From positions 1,255 to 65,254 of the forward strand of contig CAYWIC010000003.1 of the NCBI GenBank assembly GCA_964458115.1: DNA of 64,000 nucleotides, written 5' to 3'. How positions within the stretch are numbered: position 1 is the first letter of the stretch; each line of letters begins with the position of its first letter. This DNA comes from an uncultured Anaerolineales bacterium. GTDB lineage: Bacteria > Chloroflexota > Anaerolineae > Anaerolineales > UBA11858. A program made the position numbers and the translations under genes. Below are positions 15,043 to 24,378 of the stretch, piece after piece. The notes beneath the pieces are model-generated. The model made no database searches, had not been told where the DNA came from, and saw only the letters and a list, made by a program, of their open reading frames with translations.

Positions 15043-17097
15043 ATGAGCAATCCTTTTGAGATCCTCTTCGAACCAGTCCAAATCGGGCCGGTGGTCGCAC
15101 CAAACCGTTTCTACCAAGTACCCCATTGCAACGGGATGGGACACCGCATGCCGCGCGCTCACGCCGCTATGCGGGGCATGAAGGCCGAGGGTGGCTGGGG
15201 TGTAGTCTGCACCGAGGAAATCGAAATCCATCATAGCTCCGATCTATCGCCATACATCGAAGGTCGATTGTGGAGCGACAATGACATCCCTGCTTTGCAG
15301 TTAATGGTAGATGCGGTGCACGAACACGGCTCTTTAGCAGGCATCGAACTGACCTACGCCGGGCACAATGCGGTGAATCTCTACTCACGAGCAACCGCGC
15401 TTGGACCGCGTTCATTGGCTCTCACAGGGGGCAGCGGCTATAACCCCGGTCAAACACGTCGCATGGACAAAGAGGATATCCGTAACGTGCGTCGTTGGCA
15501 CCGGCAGGCCGCCCTGCGTGCCAAAGAAGCTGGTTTCGACATCATATATTGTTATGCTGCTCACGATCTATCCGTGGCAATGCACTTCTTGCTACGTCGC
15601 TACAACAACCGCACCGATGAATATGGCGGCAAGCTAGAAAACCGAGTGCGCTTCCTGCGTGAACTGATCGAAGACACCAAAGAAGCCGTTGGAGATACCT
15701 GCGCGGTGGCCGTGCGCCTGGCTGTAGATGAGCTGCTCGGCGAAGACGGTTTTACATACAAAGGGGAAGGCTATGACATTGTTGCTATGCTGGCGGAACT
15801 GCCTGATTTGTGGGATGTCAACATCAGCGATTGGGAGAACGACTCGGTGCCTTCTAGGTTCGCCAAAGAGGGCTACCAAGAAAAGTACATATCCTTCGTC
15901 AAATCGCTGACTAACAAACCCGTGGTCGGTGTGGGTCGCTATTCCTCACCCGAATCGATGGCATCCGTGATTCAGCGGGGAATCATGGACTTGATCGGCG
16001 CGGCTCGCCCTTCGATTGCCGACCCCTTTTTGCCGCAGAAGATCAAAGAGGGTCGCACCGAGGACATCCGCGAGTGCATTGGCTGCAATATTTGCGTGAC
16101 CGGTGACTTGTTATTCGTCCCCATCCGCTGCACGCAGAACCCCACCATGGGAGAAGAGTGGCGCCGAGGTTGGCACCCCGAAGTTATTGCCCCCAAAAAA
16201 AGGGAGGCTGAAGTGCTCGTCGTGGGTGGTGGTCCTGCTGGGTTGGAAAGTGCCCGTGCCTTAGGGCAACGCGGCTATGCTGTGGTGCTTACCGAATCTC
16301 AAAAGGAGTTGGGCGGACGCGTGCATCTGGAATCCCAATTACCCGGCTTGATCGAGTGGCGGCGCACCATCGAGTGGCGTCTAACCCAGATCGAGAAGTT
16401 GGAGAATGTGTCACTGTATCCTGGTAGCCTGATGACCAGCGCTGATGTTCTTGATTCGGGGATACCGAATGTGATTGTTGCTACGGGTGCCCAATGGCGG
16501 CGTGATGGCCTGGGCCGCAGCTTGTGGCATCCGATCCCAGGTCATGATCAAAACCCTGTATTTACACCAGACGATCTGATGGCTGGACAAACCCTTACTG
16601 GCAGGGTGGCTATTTATGACGATAACCATTTCTACATGGGAAGTGCTCTGGCTGAATTACTCATTGCCCAGGGATGTCAGGTCACACTGGTAACTCCTGC
16701 CCCTCTAGTTTCCTACTGGTCGCAGAACACACTGGAGCAACACCGCATACAAGAACGCCTGATGAAAGGCGGCGTAGGACTATATACCCAACACATCCTT
16801 GACGAGATCACCGAGAATGGTGTGATGATTTCACACATCATCACTGATTACACAATGGAACTCCGCTGTGACAACGTCCTCCTGGTCACGGACCGCCTCT
16901 CCAACGATGGACTGTACCTTGATCTCCAATCAGCCCTGAACGAGGGGAAACTATCCTCCTTGCGCGTCATCGGTGACGCTGAAGCGCCCAATATCATTGC
17001 CCAGGCGGTCTTTTCGGGCCACCGGGCGGCGCGGGAATTCGATGAAGTGCATAAGGATGGTCCACCCTTTATGATTGAATATCCTGCTCTTAAGTAA
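15043..17097 (+). CDS. Trimethylamine/dimethylamine/histamine dehydrogenase-family iron-sulfur flavoprotein
   Basis: N-terminus ILFEPVQIGPVVAPNRFYQVPHCNGMG...MKAEGGWGVV resembles TMADH, including the Cys that carries covalent FMN. 4Fe-4S motif CIGCNICVTGDLLFVPIRC. ADP-binding motif VLVVGGGPAGLESA. Confidence 0.9.
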   Translation: MSNPFEILFEPVQIGPVVAPNRFYQVPHCNGMGHRMPRAHAAMRGMKAEGGWGVVCTEEIEIHHSSDLSPYIEGRLWSDNDIPALQLMVDAVHEHGSLAGIELTYAGHNAVNLYSRATALGPRSLALTGGSGYNPGQTRRMDKEDIRNVRRWHRQAALRAKEAGFDIIYCYAAHDLSVAMHFLLRRYNNRTDEYGGKLENRVRFLRELIEDTKEAVGDTCAVAVRLAVDELLGEDGFTYKGEGYDIVAMLAELPDLWDVNISDWENDSVPSRFAKEGYQEKYISFVKSLTNKPVVGVGRYSSPESMASVIQRGIMDLIGAARPSIADPFLPQKIKEGRTEDIRECIGCNICVTGDLLFVPIRCTQNPTMGEEWRRGWHPEVIAPKKREAEVLVVGGGPAGLESARALGQRGYAVVLTESQKELGGRVHLESQLPGLIEWRRTIEWRLTQIEKLENVSLYPGSLMTSADVLDSGIPNVIVATGAQWRRDGLGRSLWHPIPGHDQNPVFTPDDLMAGQTLTGRVAIYDDNHFYMGSALAELLIAQGCQVTLVTPAPLVSYWSQNTLEQHRIQERLMKGGVGLYTQHILDEITENGVMISHIITDYTMELRCDNVLLVTDRLSNDGLYLDLQSALNEGKLSSLRVIGDAEAPNIIAQAVFSGHRAAREFDEVHKDGPPFMIEYPALK

Positions 17098-17101
17098 CCT
17101 T

Positions 17102-17860
17102 CTATGAGATCAATCCCCAAATTACATGCCAGATGATATCCGTCCAGAAATGGATTCCGACGGCGGCCAGGAAACCATATTGTCTGAAATAATGGGCCGC
17201 AAATAAGGAAAGGACGCCATTCAACAGGAAAATCTCGAACATCAAAGCCGCGGGAATTTGCGATACACTCTCCACCTCCAGCGCGAATTGAACCGAGGGC
17301 AGGTGCCCCGCTGCAAAAGCCGCCGCAGAGAAGATTGCCACAATCCAAAATACCTGCGTTTGCCACCTTCCTTGCAAAATCACGCTCGAAATTAGCCATA
17401 CCCAAAAAGGGATGAAAAACAAGCGAAAGATGACTTCTTCACCAATGCCCGCCACAGCCGAGGCCACCAGCGATGTCGGGAAGGGGGGATGGGGGAGTGC
17501 CCCAAAGGTGTGCCATCTCTTGAGGATTGAATCCGCCAGGATAAAGAAAATTCCCAAGGCGACGCCGATTACGGCTGGGATCAAGAACTTCTGCCGCGGG
17601 GTGACGGTTTCGTCCCACAACTCAGGAAAACCGAGTTTACGAGATAGCAACAAGCCAATAAAGCCCAATCCGCCATACAGGATCAACATCGTCCCTGCAG
17701 TAACCAGGGCGATCGTTGATTTCGAAGCAGGCATTTGTCCCTCGGGTAGCGTGGTTGTGAGTGACCCCTGGGGCAGAAACGCGTTGGCCGCTCCGAGAGC
17801 TGCCAGGATGATGATCAGAGATATATAAATGGTAATTGATGGTGATAGTGACGTTTTCAT
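17102..17860 (-). CDS. CPBP (CAAX-protease-like) intramembrane glutamic endopeptidase
   Basis: Motifs GIGEEVIFRLFF (EExxxR), FAAGHLP (FxxxH) and HFWTD (HxxxD/N) in a polytopic membrane protein. Confidence 0.85.
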   Translation of the reverse strand: MKTSLSPSITIYISLIIILAALGAANAFLPQGSLTTTLPEGQMPASKSTIALVTAGTMLILYGGLGFIGLLLSRKLGFPELWDETVTPRQKFLIPAVIGVALGIFFILADSILKRWHTFGALPHPPFPTSLVASAVAGIGEEVIFRLFFIPFWVWLISSVILQGRWQTQVFWIVAIFSAAAFAAGHLPSVQFALEVESVSQIPAALMFEIFLLNGVLSLFAAHYFRQYGFLAAVGIHFWTDIIWHVIWGLIS

Positions 17861-17863
17861 TGC

Positions 17864-18367
17864 TTATCCACCTTCCAGATAAATGATTTCTTCACAAAAT
17901 GATGCGTGTGGTCTGATGCAGTCATAATTCCTATCGAACCGAAGCCTGGGATGAATCTGTTCGAGAAACTTCCCCACAGGCCTATGGTAGGCTTTCTTGC
18001 AGATTACTCGGGTATCCAACCCGATTTTCTCACATGCCTCCAGGGTGGGACAGGCATTCCACCAGCGGGTAACAATCTTGTCATTGGAGCGCTCCACGAT
18101 CTCACCATCCGCTGGAACTGAAACGCCTAAGTACTCTTCATAAAATATTTGATACCCAACCATTATCGGATTATCAGTGGGAGAAACTTCTGCTAGGTTG
18201 GTTGTCAGCCAGGCCAATCTTTTTCCGATCACACAACTTTCCAAGATCGCCAACGCCTTATCCAATCCGATCTCATCAGTAACTTGCATAATTTCGCTGA
18301 ATAACGCGCTGAAATCACCTTGTGAGCGTTCATATTCATATTTGATGCGTTGGTAATTGCTCAACAT
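17864..18367 (-). CDS. Hypothetical Cys-containing cytosolic protein (167 aa)
   Basis: 3 nt from the downstream CPBP gene. WWNACPTLEACEKIGLDTRVICKK pattern, with a weak resemblance to ATC-hydrolase-like proteins from memory only. Confidence 0.5.
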   Translation of the reverse strand: MLSNYQRIKYEYERSQGDFSALFSEIMQVTDEIGLDKALAILESCVIGKRLAWLTTNLAEVSPTDNPIMVGYQIFYEEYLGVSVPADGEIVERSNDKIVTRWWNACPTLEACEKIGLDTRVICKKAYHRPVGKFLEQIHPRLRFDRNYDCIRPHASFCEEIIYLEGG

Positions 18368-18407
18368 AGGTCATCATTTCGCCCATAATTCTACCCTCAT
18401 TTTGGCT

Positions 18408-19475
18408 TCACTCGGTGTTGGAAATCGCTTCCGATAGGATCAAATACTTAGCGTGGGACCACAAGAGCGGTTTGGCAATCTCTCCCCAGCGCTGCACCCA
18501 GGGCAGATAGAATGAGTCATCATTCAAGGTTGCCGGGATTTGTTCGGCTAATTCCCCCTTTGGATCGGCCTGCATCTCCACCCATTGTTTCATCATCCGG
18601 GCCTTTCTTAACTCGCCTATTTTGGCATAGTACCAACCCAACCAGGCAGTCAATAAAACCCATTCGCCCCCGCCATAATATGTATCTTCGGCGTAGCGGT
18701 GGACCCCGCCTCCTTGCCGCAATGTGGTTTCGATTTCGACTACCGTTGCACTCATGAGAGGATCCGTAGGAGGAATCACATTATAAGGTACTGCCAACCC
18801 CAACAGACTGGTATCGACAGCGTTTGAGCCGATGAATTTGACATAGTGCCCATTCAATACCGCTCGATTCAATAAGAATTGGCGGATGTCGTCCAAGGTC
18901 CGATGGTGATCTGCGCCACTCAACTCCGTATGCGCCTGCAAACCAGCATAGATCGCGGCCAGGCTGTGAGGGTGGATCTGCTCAGGAAACTCCTCCCAAC
19001 AATCGAAACAAGGGCGCTGCCATAATACAGCGATATAATCTGCCACCAATTGCGCTGCTATCAACCAGTCTTCTTTGATCGCAGTTTGGGCGAATCGCTG
19101 ATGTTCTCCCAGTGCCCACAGCCAGGTACCAAAACCATCTATCTGGAAATTGGGCCAGTCTTCATCGGCATCATCCCCGCTGACACTGTAGCGTGTGTGC
19201 AAAATATCCTCAGGGTCTAAAGATTTTCCCTGGCTGCCCTTGCTGATGGCGCGCTGGACGATATCCGCCCGTTTGATCACATTCGCTGCTGCCCAATCGT
19301 GGAACTTCTCCGCGCTGTGATGCTCTCCAACGAGGTCCATGGCATAGGCAATGAAAGCGCCGTCACGATACCAGCTATACCGATACGTTGGGAAATTAGG
19401 GCAGGCCGGATAAGCGCCACTGGGACTTTGATTCTCTAGGATGATTTCGATGCTGCGTTGATACAGGTCGCTCAT
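18408..19475 (-). CDS. Glycoside hydrolase family 15 (glucoamylase/glucodextranase-like catalytic domain)
   Basis: SPSGAYPA...YSWYRDGAF, FQIDGFGTWLWAL, CFDCWEE and GGEWVLLTAWLGWYY are typical of the GH15 (alpha/alpha)6 barrel. Confidence 0.85.
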   Translation of the reverse strand: MSDLYQRSIEIILENQSPSGAYPACPNFPTYRYSWYRDGAFIAYAMDLVGEHHSAEKFHDWAAANVIKRADIVQRAISKGSQGKSLDPEDILHTRYSVSGDDADEDWPNFQIDGFGTWLWALGEHQRFAQTAIKEDWLIAAQLVADYIAVLWQRPCFDCWEEFPEQIHPHSLAAIYAGLQAHTELSGADHHRTLDDIRQFLLNRAVLNGHYVKFIGSNAVDTSLLGLAVPYNVIPPTDPLMSATVVEIETTLRQGGGVHRYAEDTYYGGGEWVLLTAWLGWYYAKIGELRKARMMKQWVEMQADPKGELAEQIPATLNDDSFYLPWVQRWGEIAKPLLWSHAKYLILSEAISNTE

Positions 19476-19489
19476 GGATTCGCATTCTC

Positions 19490-21070
19490 CTATTTTGCCA
19501 TCTCGATCACGATGATCCCCCAGTATTTCAGGCTGGGAAGCTTCACTTTCAAGCAGTGATCTCCTCCTTGCCAGGATATCGATTGTAGCTGGAGGTCGTC
19601 ACCATCAGGGCTAGCCCAATATACCTGATGGGGTCGCTCCAATAAATCGACTTCCACCATTAGATTTCTCTGTAAATCGGGTTCCTGATGAGGTTGATCC
19701 CAACCCGAATCATCAATCCCGTTTAGATTGACCAGACTGACCGTCATCCAGTGCTCGTTTTTCCGAGTAATTGACCAGACTCCTGGGGGGGCGTCAACCG
19801 GCCAATCGTGCATATCGTCAGCAGTAGGCCCCAGGAGGTCGCCATAACGAACAGCGAAATCATGGTATTTTCGTAATACACCCTCGAGCTCTGGGGAAAT
19901 TGTTTGGTGTTCAGGGAAATAAGGATCGCTCAACAGGCAGGTATGCTCACCGAGTTCGATGCGCGAGCCGCCACAGGAATAGATCAGCGCATCTGCCAGG
20001 CGGATATTGGCCGGCCGATCTGCTGGCAGGTAGAGGGCGATCACCACCGGTTTTCCACCAGAAAGCCCACGCGCACCGGACACGATCTCGGGCAGATCGA
20101 GGTAGTTAGTCTTGGGCGGCCAGACTTCAATGTAGGTGAAATCCTGAGCGGATGGTGCCAGCGCCTCGATGGGCCAGTTGCCCACTGCGTTAAAAACCAC
20201 CGCTTCATCAGGATAGGTATCCTTGAGCGTTTGGATGAAGGCGTTGAAGGCTCCCGGGATATCAATGGCCTCACCATCAACGTTGTAGCCTTCTTTAGGA
20301 TCACCATATTGGTCTACATGCAGGCCATCAAAGGGAAGCTCCGCCAGCACCCTTTGGCACTCTTGCTGCAAGTGGCGGATCCATTGGCTATCTGGGGTCG
20401 GGTCCATCAAACCTAAGAAGTCCATGAAGGTCATGGGCTGGCCCGCTTCATCATAGATGGCCCAGTCAGGATGATCGCGCCAGAATTCCAGGGAAGCGGC
20501 ATACACGGCCAGGTAGGGCATGGCCGCCATGCCGAATTTATGGGCCCCCTCAATAAAATTGCGTACAGTTTTCAGAGAGAGACGCCGATCCAGCGGGTCG
20601 ATGTATTCCTCGGCAGGCGGCAACAGTTGATCATGGCGGTACTGCCAATCGTAGAATTGCAGCCCGTTGATGTGGAAGCGCACCAGGGATTCCAGAGTGC
20701 TCTCGACATCATCTCGTTCGGCCGTGAAATCAGTCAGGAAGCCATAGCGAGGGAAAGCCGTCCAATTTGGGAGCACATCGAAGGCCGAGGAAATCTCCTC
20801 GGATATCTGACCCAAGCCATCGGTGAGCGTGCACACCACCCCATAGCCGCGCGGTGTCTCCAAAGGAGGAATCCACTCAAGGGTACAGGTTTGCTCTCCT
20901 AATATCAAGGGGACCTTGTGGGACTCCATCCTTACTTCTTCTGCGAGATGCCAGAATTTCAGGTGGATCAACACCTCTGTTGGCTCATCCATAAACAGTT
21001 TAAGGTGCAGTTGAACCATCTCACCCGGTTTGAAGGTCCCTTTGAGTGGGTAGAAATCGATCAGATTCAT
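19490..21070 (-). CDS. Glycoside hydrolase, GH66-like (dextranase / cycloisomaltooligosaccharide glucanotransferase family)
   Basis: FPRYGFLTDF, INGLQFYDWQYRHDQ, AMPYLAVYAA and FDGLHVDQYGDP match my memory of GH66 signatures. Not verified by search. Confidence 0.7.
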   Translation of the reverse strand: MNLIDFYPLKGTFKPGEMVQLHLKLFMDEPTEVLIHLKFWHLAEEVRMESHKVPLILGEQTCTLEWIPPLETPRGYGVVCTLTDGLGQISEEISSAFDVLPNWTAFPRYGFLTDFTAERDDVESTLESLVRFHINGLQFYDWQYRHDQLLPPAEEYIDPLDRRLSLKTVRNFIEGAHKFGMAAMPYLAVYAASLEFWRDHPDWAIYDEAGQPMTFMDFLGLMDPTPDSQWIRHLQQECQRVLAELPFDGLHVDQYGDPKEGYNVDGEAIDIPGAFNAFIQTLKDTYPDEAVVFNAVGNWPIEALAPSAQDFTYIEVWPPKTNYLDLPEIVSGARGLSGGKPVVIALYLPADRPANIRLADALIYSCGGSRIELGEHTCLLSDPYFPEHQTISPELEGVLRKYHDFAVRYGDLLGPTADDMHDWPVDAPPGVWSITRKNEHWMTVSLVNLNGIDDSGWDQPHQEPDLQRNLMVEVDLLERPHQVYWASPDGDDLQLQSISWQGGDHCLKVKLPSLKYWGIIVIEMAK

Positions 21071-21073
21071 GGT

Positions 21074-21913
21074 TCAGCCCTTCAGACCGGTGGTGGCGAT
21101 GCCGCGGATGAAATAGCGTTGGAAGACGGAGAAGACAAAAACCACCGGGATCAGGGCTACGATCGAAGCTGCAAACACCTGGCCCCACTCGGTAAGATGC
21201 TGCGATTGGAAGAGGGCTATAGCAATTGGCAGGGTCCTACGGGTGGTCTCTTTGATGGCAACATGCGCCCAGGGGAACTCGCCCCAACTGTAAAGGAAGG
21301 TAAAAATGGTCACCACGGCGATGCCCGAGCGTGAGAGCGGCATCACCACCCGCCAGAAGATCTTCCATTGGCTGGCGCCATCGATCAGGGCAGCCTCTTC
21401 TAGATCACGTGGAATGCCCTCGAAGAAACCCCGCAACAAAAACGTCTGCATGGAAAGGTTCATGGTCACATAGACCACCACCAAACCCAGGAATTTGTCG
21501 AGCAAATCCAATTGTTTGGCAATAATGAATTGGGGGATGATCAACATGACCGGGGGGATCATCATCCCCAGCAAGAAGACATAGAATAAGAACTCGCGGC
21601 CGGGGAATTTCAGGCGGGCAAAAGCATATGCCAGCATCGATGATACGACAACCGTGGCTGCGGTGCTGCTTACAGCGACAATCAGGCTGTTCAAAAAATA
21701 CAATCCAAAGAGATCCTTCCCCAAAGCCTCGGTGTAATTCTTCAAGGTGATTTCCTTGGGCCACAAGCGCGGCGGCATCTCGAAGATGTACGCTTGTGGT
21801 TTGAAGGATGTAATCAGCATGTACCAGAAGGGGATCAGAACAATCACAATCCCAACCAGCAATAAGGTATACGTTAACACCTTTGAGAGGGTGCGGCTGC
21901 TTTGGTTGTTCAT
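21074..21913 (-). CDS. Carbohydrate ABC transporter permease (MalG-like)
   Basis: Six TM segments and EAA loop EAALIDGASQWKIFWRVVMP. Confidence 0.9.
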   Translation of the reverse strand: MNNQSSRTLSKVLTYTLLLVGIVIVLIPFWYMLITSFKPQAYIFEMPPRLWPKEITLKNYTEALGKDLFGLYFLNSLIVAVSSTAATVVVSSMLAYAFARLKFPGREFLFYVFLLGMMIPPVMLIIPQFIIAKQLDLLDKFLGLVVVYVTMNLSMQTFLLRGFFEGIPRDLEEAALIDGASQWKIFWRVVMPLSRSGIAVVTIFTFLYSWGEFPWAHVAIKETTRRTLPIAIALFQSQHLTEWGQVFAASIVALIPVVFVFSVFQRYFIRGIATTGLKG

Positions 21914-22816
21914 CTAGATCTCTACCTCCTGACGGAGTAGCCTCATCTGGACGACGCTGATCACAAAAACGATGGTCGTCAGCAGATAGCTAATGGCAGA
22001 GCCGTAGCCAAAGTCTAAGCGGGTGAAGGTAGCTTCGTACATCAGTGTCAATATGAAGTGAGTCAGATCGAGGGGATCACCCCCGTTGGTGATCAGCAAA
22101 TTGGAAATATAGGCATTCAGCGCGCCGATGGTCAAGGCCACCAGCACGAACACGGTCGTCGGGCGCAAGAGCGGCAAGGTGATACTTGTGAAGCGGTTCA
22201 AGGCGTTGGCGCCATCGACCTCGGCAGCTTCATACAGGTGTCCTGGGATGGCCTGCAAGCCGGCCAGAAAGATGATCGCCGTCCAGCCAACGCCTTTCCA
22301 AATCCCCAACAGGTGCACGGGAACAAATGCTAGAACCGGGTCCGCCAGCCACAGAATATTTTTGGGGATGATGTGAAATACATCCCGCAAAATGTAATTG
22401 ATCAACCCGGCCTGACCGCTGAACATGTACTCGAAAAGCAGACTGACGATCACCCAAGAAGTGATCACAGGCAGATAGTACACCACACGAAAGAAAGCAC
22501 GCGCACGGATATCCTGGTTCAATAAAGTGGCCACGGTCAATCCGATCACCATCTGGCCTGTCACGGTCACTACAGCATAGGCCATGGTGTTTAGCACAGC
22601 CCGACGGAAGATGGGGTTGACCAGCGCCCTGGTGTAATTGGCCATCCCTACCCATTCCGATTGCGCCGGGTTGACGATCTTCCAATCGTAGAAACTGATG
22701 CGAAAAGAATACAGCATCGGCCCGATCAGAAAGGTAACGAAGAGCAGCAATCCCGGCAGGATGAATAATAATGCCGTCAAAATTTGGGTTAGATTACGTC
22801 TGGTGCGAGTGCGCAT
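21914..22816 (-). CDS. Carbohydrate ABC transporter permease (MalF-like)
   Basis: EAA loop EAAEVDGANALNRFTSITLP. Start trimmed to MRTRTRRNLTQILTALLFILPG (ATG 22816), because the longer track ORF would read through a terminator-like hairpin. Confidence 0.85.
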   Translation of the reverse strand: MRTRTRRNLTQILTALLFILPGLLLFVTFLIGPMLYSFRISFYDWKIVNPAQSEWVGMANYTRALVNPIFRRAVLNTMAYAVVTVTGQMVIGLTVATLLNQDIRARAFFRVVYYLPVITSWVIVSLLFEYMFSGQAGLINYILRDVFHIIPKNILWLADPVLAFVPVHLLGIWKGVGWTAIIFLAGLQAIPGHLYEAAEVDGANALNRFTSITLPLLRPTTVFVLVALTIGALNAYISNLLITNGGDPLDLTHFILTLMYEATFTRLDFGYGSAISYLLTTIVFVISVVQMRLLRQEVEI

Positions 22817-22838
22817 TAGCTGGATATTCCCGAAAAAC

Positions 22839-22866
22839 GGGTGGCCGGGGAGCTCCCCGGCCACCC
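22839..22866 (-). terminator. Intercistronic GC hairpin between the binding-protein and permease genes (attenuator / mRNA stabiliser)
   Basis: GGGTGGCCGGGG-agct-CCCCGGCCACCC (12-bp stem), flanked by an A-run and a T-run on both strands. Confidence 0.7.
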
Positions 22867-22992
22867 ATTTTTTCGGTTTTCCTATCTGCAATATGTGATA
22901 TTCAGAGCAGTCAATTCGAGTTTGGACTGTGGGGTAGAAGGGATACTAGATACCATTCTACACCAGCAATTATCGTGTGATCGCGAATTCCT

Positions 22993-24240
22993 CTATTGAG
23001 TTATTAACGCATCGATCTCTGCAGCGGCCTGATCGAGAGCCTCTTGCACAGTCTGATCACCGCGCAGCATGCGCTGGAATGCGTTGTTGATGGCGCCATC
23101 CATGTCGCCCCAAGCGGGATGCGGCACGCGGGCCTGAGCGGTCTCTAGCTGATTCAAGAAGACATCGAAGTAAGCTGGCATAGCTTCATCACCAATCAGG
23201 CTTGACAGAGTAGGGATCACACCCACTTCGGCCATCATCTTCTGGGATTCTTCACCCAGCAAGAAAGCCGCCCACTTCATAGCTGCTTCGGCGTTGGGTG
23301 AATCGGCGAAGATAACCACATCCTCACCACCCACCACTGAGCTGGTCGTGTCTTCTGGGCCGGTGGGGATGGGAGCGAAGTTGACTTCGAAGTCAGGATA
23401 GTTGCCTTTGTAGATATCCACCATCCAGGGGCCGTCGATGATCATGGCGTACAAGCCCGTGGCGTGTCCATCAGCCGTGCCGATACCGCCGCCCAACAGG
23501 TTGGGGGAAATGCAGCCCTGATCGAACAGGTCTTTAAGCATCGTGAAAGCTGCCACGCTCTCGGGGCCGTTGACGTAGCCTTCGGCGGTGGTGATGTCTT
23601 CATCCACCACCACGCCGCCCATGGCGTAGAACACCGGCGCAGGCGCCCAAAAGTAGGTGCCTCCTAGGGCATAGCCATACTGGGTTTCACCCTCTGTCAG
23701 GGCGCAAGCAACCTCAGCGAACTCTTCCATGGTAGCGGGTGGTTCTGTGTAACCGCCAGCCTCAAAGATTTCCTTGTTCCATAGCAGTACCTGTGTGTTG
23801 GTGTTTTGCGGCAGACCGTAGTAGTGTCCATCCCAGAAATTGGTCGAGAGAGGGCCAGGGAAGGTCGCGGCGGCGATCTCTTCGAAATCTGGCATTACGC
23901 CATCCAGCTGCATCAGCGCACCCTGGGCAGCGAACTCGGAAACCCAAGCAATGTCCATGCGGGCCGTATCAGGTGCTGAGCCGCCTGCCAAGCCAGTTAG
24001 GATGGCCGTCTTGAAGTCATCGTAGGCGTAGCGGGTGGTCTCGACCTTGATGCCAGGGTTGGCTGCTTCGAATGCAGCGACGACCTTCTCAAGTTGTTCG
24101 GTTTCCGCATCACTCATGGTGTGCCAATAACTAATGGTTGCTTCTTGCATGAAGTTAGCCGCCGGAGCGAATGCAGCCAAGACGAACATTGTGACTACTG
24201 AGATGCTCAGAAAGAGCATCATTCTCTTCGTGTTTTTCAT
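22993..24240 (-). CDS. ABC transporter extracellular sugar-binding protein (family 1)
   Basis: Signal/anchor MKNTKRMMLFLSISVVTMFVLAAFA, typical SBP_bac_1 length and composition, first gene of the ABC operon. Confidence 0.9.
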   Translation of the reverse strand: MKNTKRMMLFLSISVVTMFVLAAFAPAANFMQEATISYWHTMSDAETEQLEKVVAAFEAANPGIKVETTRYAYDDFKTAILTGLAGGSAPDTARMDIAWVSEFAAQGALMQLDGVMPDFEEIAAATFPGPLSTNFWDGHYYGLPQNTNTQVLLWNKEIFEAGGYTEPPATMEEFAEVACALTEGETQYGYALGGTYFWAPAPVFYAMGGVVVDEDITTAEGYVNGPESVAAFTMLKDLFDQGCISPNLLGGGIGTADGHATGLYAMIIDGPWMVDIYKGNYPDFEVNFAPIPTGPEDTTSSVVGGEDVVIFADSPNAEAAMKWAAFLLGEESQKMMAEVGVIPTLSSLIGDEAMPAYFDVFLNQLETAQARVPHPAWGDMDGAINNAFQRMLRGDQTVQEALDQAAAEIDALITQ

Positions 24241-24378
24241 TTCAATCCTCCAGATAGTTTTGGTTTATGAACATTTGCTTTTTCTCACTGATCTTTATCT
24301 TCTTACAAACCACCTCCTTTTTGAGTTGGCAACTTTCTTCAATGAGTAAATAATCTTCGGCAAAAAAAGTGGAAATTC

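Noticed and set aside
16848-17405. 185-aa minus-strand ORF spanning the junction of the TMADH-like and CPBP genes, and similarly 13077-13640 and 12070-12513
   Set aside because: They overlap well-supported genes on the opposite strand or in another frame, and no motifs are present.
22817-22891. Longer N-terminus (MQIGKPKKWVAGELPGHPFFGNIQL) for the MalF-like permease, as in the ORF track
   Set aside because: It would be translated through a 12-bp GC terminator-like hairpin. The conserved permease N-terminus begins at MRTRTRRNL.
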